A stretch of DNA of 61,293 nucleotides, filler included, from Sandaracinaceae bacterium (GTDB lineage: Bacteria > Myxococcota_A > Polyangia > Polyangiales > JADJQN01), in NCBI GenBank assembly GCA_947483975.1. It is 8 parts of 8 records of this genome, joined end to end, with 100 filler letters (N's around TTAATTAATTAA, not from the genome) between each part and the next. Parts side by side here need not be neighbours in the genome. Positions count along the whole stretch, not along the records: positions 53,863 to 61,293 come from CANKOL010000267.1; 7 more parts are not named here. One strand, 5' to 3'. The notes beneath the pieces were generated by a model. It was given only the letters and a program-made list of their open reading frames with translations, ran no database searches and was not told where the DNA came from. A program made the position numbers and the translations under genes. The first letter of the stretch is position 1. Each line of letters opens with the position of its first letter. Of this stretch, positions 56,700-61,293 are shown in pieces.

Positions 56700-59600
56700 A
56701 GAACCTCGTACAGTGGGCGGCGCACAATCGTCTTCTCGCTCTCCTGTTCGCGGGGCTCGTGGTGGCGGTTGGGGGTTGGGCCTTCTCTCGGCTCCCGATC
56801 GACGCAGTCCCCGATGTCACCAACACGCAGGTGCAAGTGGTGACGCGTGCCCCGTCGCTGTCCGCGACCGAGGTCGAGACGCAGGTCACCCAGCCGATCG
56901 AGAGGGAGATGGCGGGGACCCCTCGCCTCAAGGAGACTCGAAGCATCACGAAGTTCGGGATCTCGATCGTGACGCTGATCTTCGAGGACGGAACCGACGT
57001 GTATTTCGCCCGCGGCCTCGTGACCGAGCGACTCATGACGGTGCGCGACAAGATTCCCGAGCGGATCGGGAAGCCCGAGCTTGGGCCCATCTCCACTGCG
57101 CTCGGCGAAATCTACATGTTCGAGTTGCGCGGAGACTCGCCGAAGCGTTCGACAGAAGAGCTTCGGACCATCGTCGATTGGCAGGTTGGCCTGAAGCTCC
57201 GCCAGGTGCCGGGGGTGATCGAGGTCGTCGGCTTCGGAGGCGCTGAGAAGCAGTATCGGATCACGCTGGACCCTCCACGGATGGCCGCCCATGGCATATC
57301 CGCCGAGGTCGTGCGGGCCGCCATCGAAAAGGACAACCGCGTCTCGGGGGGGGGCTACATCGACCACGAGAAGGAGCAGATCCTCCTCCGCGGCGACGCT
57401 CGCTTTCGCGGAATCGAGGACGTCGCATCGACCGTCGTTCGTACCGACCCCAGCGGCGCCGTCGTGCGCGTGTCACACATCGCCGAAGTCGACACGGGGC
57501 CGGCGCTTCGTCAAGGAGCGATGACGCGCGATGGGCGCGGTGAGATCGTCGGCGCGAGCGTGCTCATGTTGAAGGGACAGGACAGCCGCGCGGTCGTGAC
57601 GAACGTCAAGAAGGCCATCCAGGAGATCACGCCGCTGCTTCCCGAAGGCGTGCGAATCGACCCGTACTACGACCGCTCGGACTTCATCGACCGAGTCATC
57701 GCGACGATCGCCAAGAACCTGGGCGAGGGCGCGCTGATCGTGCTGGGATGCCTTCTCCTTACGCTCGGGAGCGTTCGAGCCGGCCTCCTCGTCGCGGGCA
57801 CCATTCCGTTCTCCATCCTGGCTGGGTTCATCGGACTCCACCTCCTCGGCTACAGCGGCAACGTGATGTCGCTCGGAGCGATCGACTTTGGCATCATCGT
57901 GGAGGGGTCCGTCTTGATGGTGGAGCACGCGATGACCCACGGAGCGTCCATCGCGGATCGCGAGCGGCGAAGGGCCAGCATCGTTCATGCGATGGAGGAA
58001 GTCGCGCGTCCGGCGCTCTTCGTGGTGGTGATTACGGTGCTCGTGTTCTTGCCGCTGGCCACGCTCGAGGGGGTCGAGGGGAAGATGTTTCGGCCCGTCG
58101 TGCTCTCCCTTTGCTGCATGCTTCTCGGGGCCATCTTCTACGCGCTCGTGGTCATCCCCGCCGTCGGTCCGTCGATCCTGAGGAGCACGGGAGAACATGC
58201 CGAACCATGGTTCGCTCGGTCGGCACGGAAGCTCTACGCGCCGGTGCTCGAGTGGGGCCTCAGGCGCCCGCTGCGCGTGATCGCGGCATCCTTTGCCCTT
58301 ACTGCCTTGCTTCTCGTGTCGGGGAGTCGCATAGGAGCCGACTTTCTTCCGCGCGTCTTCGAGGGGGCGTTTGCCATCGATGCGCTACGGCAGCCGAGCA
58401 CGTCGCTCAGCCACGCGATCGAGCTCGGCAAGGAGACTGAGGTCGCGCTGCGGGAGGTCCCCGAGGTCGAAACGGTGGTCAACCGCATTGGTCGTCCCGA
58501 GGGGGCGGTCGACCCAGCGGGGCCCGAGTCGAGCGACGTGTTTGTCATCCTGAAGCCAAGGGAGCAATGGCGTCCAGGTCTCACGCCAGAGGCGCTGATG
58601 GATGAACTGTCCGCCAAGGCTGGGACTCGCGTCCCGGGAACCATCAACGCGTTCTCTCAGCCGATCGAGATGCGCGTCAACGATCTGGTCGCCGGCGTCC
58701 GCAGCGACATTGCGGTCAAGGTCTACGGGGACGACCTCGCCACAATGAGCGATGCGGCGGAGAAGATTCGCCGCGCAATCTCGTCGGTTCCGGGAGCCAC
58801 GGATTTCAAGATGGAGATCCCCATCGGGCAGCCCGCTCTTCAGATCGCCGCGAACCGCGACCGACTTGGCCGCCTTGGAATCGCCCCAGCCGATGTCCTC
58901 GATGCCGTCGCGATGTCGAGAGCCGGCGTGACCGTGGGTGAAGTTCGCGAGGGCGAGCGCGTGTTTCCACTGCAGCTGCGCCTGGGTGGGGACGAGGTCG
59001 TCGGGCCCGCGGACATCGGGCGTCTCCCGGTGCTGAGCGACCACGGGACGATCGTCCCGCTTTCGATGGTCACCGACATCACTGAGGAGCGGTCGGTCAT
59101 TCAGGTGAGTCGCGAGCAGATGCAAAGGCGACTGGTCGTTCAAGGCAACGTCCGCGGAAGGGACATGGTCGGCTTCGTGAAGGACGCGCAGGCGGCGGTC
59201 GCGAAGGTCGATCTGCCCGCGGCCGTGGAGGTCACCTGGGGAGGTCAGTTTCAGAACTTCAATCGCGCGAAGGAGCGCTTGCTCATGCTCGTCCCCGTCG
59301 CCCTTGGCGTCATCGGTCTGATGCTGATCGTGATGTTTCAGCGGGTAAGGTACATGGTCGTCACTGTGGCGAGCCTGCCGTTCGCGCTCGCCGGTGGCGT
59401 CCTTGGTCTTGTGATCCGGGATCTCCCGTTCAGTATCCCCGCGGGCGTAGGGTTCATCGCACTCGCCGGCGTCTCGGTCTGCAGCGGAATCGTCATGACG
59501 GGGAACCTGCTCGCGCAGCCGACGGACGGGCCACCCGTGGAGCGCGTCCGGATGGCCGCTCTCGCATCGCTCCGCCCGCAGCTGAGCACCGCGCTGATTG

Positions 59601-59821
59601 CGGCGATTGGCTTCATTCCCGCAGCGATTGCAACTGGGGCTGGCGCGGAGGTGCAGCGCCCGCTCGCCACCGTGGTGATCTTCGGCCTCCTTGTCTCCGT
59701 GCTCGTGTCGCTCGTCGCCTTGCCAGCGATGCTCCTGAAGGTTGCGCAGAGCGACAGGCGGGCAGGCGAGGGTCAAGGACCACTCGGCATACCGGAGGGA
59801 GAGCCCGCAGCGGCCGGATAG
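56696..59821 (+). CDS. CzcA/CusA-family heavy-metal RND transporter
   Basis: LPIDAVPDVTNTQV, MSLGAIDFG, EGKMFRP, GAEVQRPLATVV; 1041 aa. Confidence 0.93.
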   Translation: MKNLVQWAAHNRLLALLFAGLVVAVGGWAFSRLPIDAVPDVTNTQVQVVTRAPSLSATEVETQVTQPIEREMAGTPRLKETRSITKFGISIVTLIFEDGTDVYFARGLVTERLMTVRDKIPERIGKPELGPISTALGEIYMFELRGDSPKRSTEELRTIVDWQVGLKLRQVPGVIEVVGFGGAEKQYRITLDPPRMAAHGISAEVVRAAIEKDNRVSGGGYIDHEKEQILLRGDARFRGIEDVASTVVRTDPSGAVVRVSHIAEVDTGPALRQGAMTRDGRGEIVGASVLMLKGQDSRAVVTNVKKAIQEITPLLPEGVRIDPYYDRSDFIDRVIATIAKNLGEGALIVLGCLLLTLGSVRAGLLVAGTIPFSILAGFIGLHLLGYSGNVMSLGAIDFGIIVEGSVLMVEHAMTHGASIADRERRRASIVHAMEEVARPALFVVVITVLVFLPLATLEGVEGKMFRPVVLSLCCMLLGAIFYALVVIPAVGPSILRSTGEHAEPWFARSARKLYAPVLEWGLRRPLRVIAASFALTALLLVSGSRIGADFLPRVFEGAFAIDALRQPSTSLSHAIELGKETEVALREVPEVETVVNRIGRPEGAVDPAGPESSDVFVILKPREQWRPGLTPEALMDELSAKAGTRVPGTINAFSQPIEMRVNDLVAGVRSDIAVKVYGDDLATMSDAAEKIRRAISSVPGATDFKMEIPIGQPALQIAANRDRLGRLGIAPADVLDAVAMSRAGVTVGEVREGERVFPLQLRLGGDEVVGPADIGRLPVLSDHGTIVPLSMVTDITEERSVIQVSREQMQRRLVVQGNVRGRDMVGFVKDAQAAVAKVDLPAAVEVTWGGQFQNFNRAKERLLMLVPVALGVIGLMLIVMFQRVRYMVVTVASLPFALAGGVLGLVIRDLPFSIPAGVGFIALAGVSVCSGIVMTGNLLAQPTDGPPVERVRMAALASLRPQLSTALIAAIGFIPAAIATGAGAEVQRPLATVVIFGLLVSVLVSLVALPAMLLKVAQSDRRAGEGQGPLGIPEGEPAAAG

Positions 59822-59979
59822 CCGTCGAGCGGTTGTAGCCGCTGCACGAACCGCGTCTCGCGCCTGCACGATGCAGCGTCTGGGGACGGGGATGGACAAG
59901 GGCGGACGCCCCTATGTGGTCACGCCGTCGCCCGTCGGGAGGAGCCGCTGGCAGCGGCCTCGCGAGCGGGAGCGAGCCT

Positions 59980-60792
59980 TCAGGCTCCCAGCCAGGGCTC
60001 ACCGGGAAGCCGCTCGACGAACTCGCGCGACACGAGCTCGTAGGCGGCGTCGAAGCTCCAACTCTGACCGCTCGCCAGCAGCGGCGTCATGTCCGCGGTG
60101 AAGACGGGGTCGGCTCTCTTCGCCGCGAGGTTCTGCTCGAACATCGCGCGCGTGACCCGCACGCCGTCCTCGTGCAGGTAGCGCGCGAAGACCTCGACGA
60201 TGCGCTCGGGTGCCACGCTCCCATGTCGCAGCGCGAGCGCGAGGTCGAACAGATCTCGCCCCTTCTTGCGCTGGTAGAGGGCTCGGAGCTTCGTGCCGAG
60301 CAGCTCGTCCAGCTCGTAGGTGCGCACGTCGGCGGCGCCGGAGAACCAACGTGAGGCGACCTCGAAGCGGTGGTTCTTGAGGCCGTAGACGGTGAAGTGC
60401 TCGCGCGAGTTGATCTCCACCTTGAGCTTCAAGCGGACCGGCGGAACGTCCTCGGACTCGAAGCGGTAGCTCAGCGTCACCCGTCCTTCGGACTGCTTCC
60501 ACTGGGGCTTGCCCAGCCAGCCGTCGAGCGCATCGTGGATCGCGTCGAGGGCGGGACCGATCCCGCCGGGCTCGGTCTGCACGAGGTCGATGTCTTCGGA
60601 GTAGCGGGCGGCGGGGCGGAAGTGGAGCTTGTAGAGAGCGGTGCCGCCGCGGAACGCGAGGGCGTTCGCGATCGTCTCGCGCGAGAACAGCTCGACCAGC
60701 GCGCGAGAGATGACGAGGTCCTGCTCGACTTGGCGGTCCGTAACCCACGGGGCGGAGTCCCGCCACTCGGTGATGAAGTCCTTCGGGATCAC
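59980..60792 (-). CDS. AbiEii-family nucleotidyltransferase toxin (type IV TA)
   Basis: QVEQDLVISRAL, FRGGTAL, RYSEDIDL, KLRALYQRKKGRDLFDL. GTG 60792 overlaps the antitoxin stop. Confidence 0.92.
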   Translation of the reverse strand: MIPKDFITEWRDSAPWVTDRQVEQDLVISRALVELFSRETIANALAFRGGTALYKLHFRPAARYSEDIDLVQTEPGGIGPALDAIHDALDGWLGKPQWKQSEGRVTLSYRFESEDVPPVRLKLKVEINSREHFTVYGLKNHRFEVASRWFSGAADVRTYELDELLGTKLRALYQRKKGRDLFDLALALRHGSVAPERIVEVFARYLHEDGVRVTRAMFEQNLAAKRADPVFTADMTPLLASGQSWSFDAAYELVSREFVERLPGEPWLGA

Positions 60793-61293
60793 AGGTCGGG
60801 CTCCACGCTCGCGTTGACGGCGAGCTTCCATCGCTCGACGCGCTCGGCACCTGTCTTCGTCTTCGCCCGCACGAGCGGCGCCACCACGTGGGCGTGCTCC
60901 TTCACGTGGGGCACGAGCACGTCGCCAAGCTCGCGGTGACCGCCGACGTCCAGCAGGTAGCCGAGACGCTGCACCCACGCGATCGGGCAGAGACCGGCTG
61001 CGCCAACCAGCCGCGTGGGCTCGATGGCCTCGACCAGCTCCGCCAGCACGGACGCGACGTTTTCGAGCCCGCCGCACTGATCGGCGTAGCCCACGAGCTC
61101 GAGGGCGGTCGCCTCGGGCGACGCCACGCGGAGCGTGCCGCGCCGCGTGTTCTTCTCGACGACGGGCGTGCGCTCGAGATCCTTGCGCGCCACGAACTGC
61201 ACCCGCACCTCACCGCACGCGAGGCCCCTGCGGTTCGCCTTGACCATGACCTGGAAGCACTGGGGGCGCTGATGAGCGGCGCCGTGAAGCTCG
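60789..61293 (-). CDS. AbiEi-family antitoxin (5' truncated at the window end)
   Basis: LHGAAHQRPQCFQV, VASPEATALELV, QRLGYLLD, W.L.VN; directly upstream of the AbiEii gene. Confidence 0.88.
   Translation of the reverse strand, partial: ELHGAAHQRPQCFQVMVKANRRGLACGEVRVQFVARKDLERTPVVEKNTRRGTLRVASPEATALELVGYADQCGGLENVASVLAELVEAIEPTRLVGAAGLCPIAWVQRLGYLLDVGGHRELGDVLVPHVKEHAHVVAPLVRAKTKTGAERVERWKLAVNASVEPDL

Overview
This window is not one locus. It is eight unrelated contigs of about 7.4-7.8 kb (1-7761, 7862-15483, 15584-23184, 23285-30864, 30965-38536, 38637-46173, 46274-53762, 53863-61293), joined by artificial 100-nt N/TTAATTAATTAA linkers, so gene neighbourhoods only count within a contig. 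The DNA is very GC-rich, and the gene content points to a myxobacterium (Myxococcota, probably Polyangia); that assignment is inferred from the FHA, PilZ and S41-peptidase genes and the multi-domain DsbA. Most genes are housekeeping: acyl-CoA dehydrogenase, pdp, rnr, argS, a 2-oxoacid dehydrogenase E1-alpha with lpdA and lipB, cheB, hemH, rsmG, pspA, nuoABCD-G-HI, a czcCBA-like efflux operon and an AbiE toxin-antitoxin pair. I found no rRNA, tRNA, CRISPR array or transposase. The best candidate for an undescribed system is a signal-peptide- and Cys-bearing leader ORF ending in RPPR-stop. It is followed by a hairpin and U6 tract and then a triple-thioredoxin DsbA gene, and may be a disulfide- or export-sensing arrest-peptide attenuator. 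Other observations worth checking: an AblB-like GNAT/CesT-YbjN/PspA/FmdB cluster, an RlmD-RluA fusion, a CHAD-CYTH fusion in reversed order, a histone-like protein with a partition-like domain, a FliA-like sigma factor with a matching promoter just downstream, and short tandem repeats recurring at gene junctions. All product calls come from motifs read by eye; no database searches were run.
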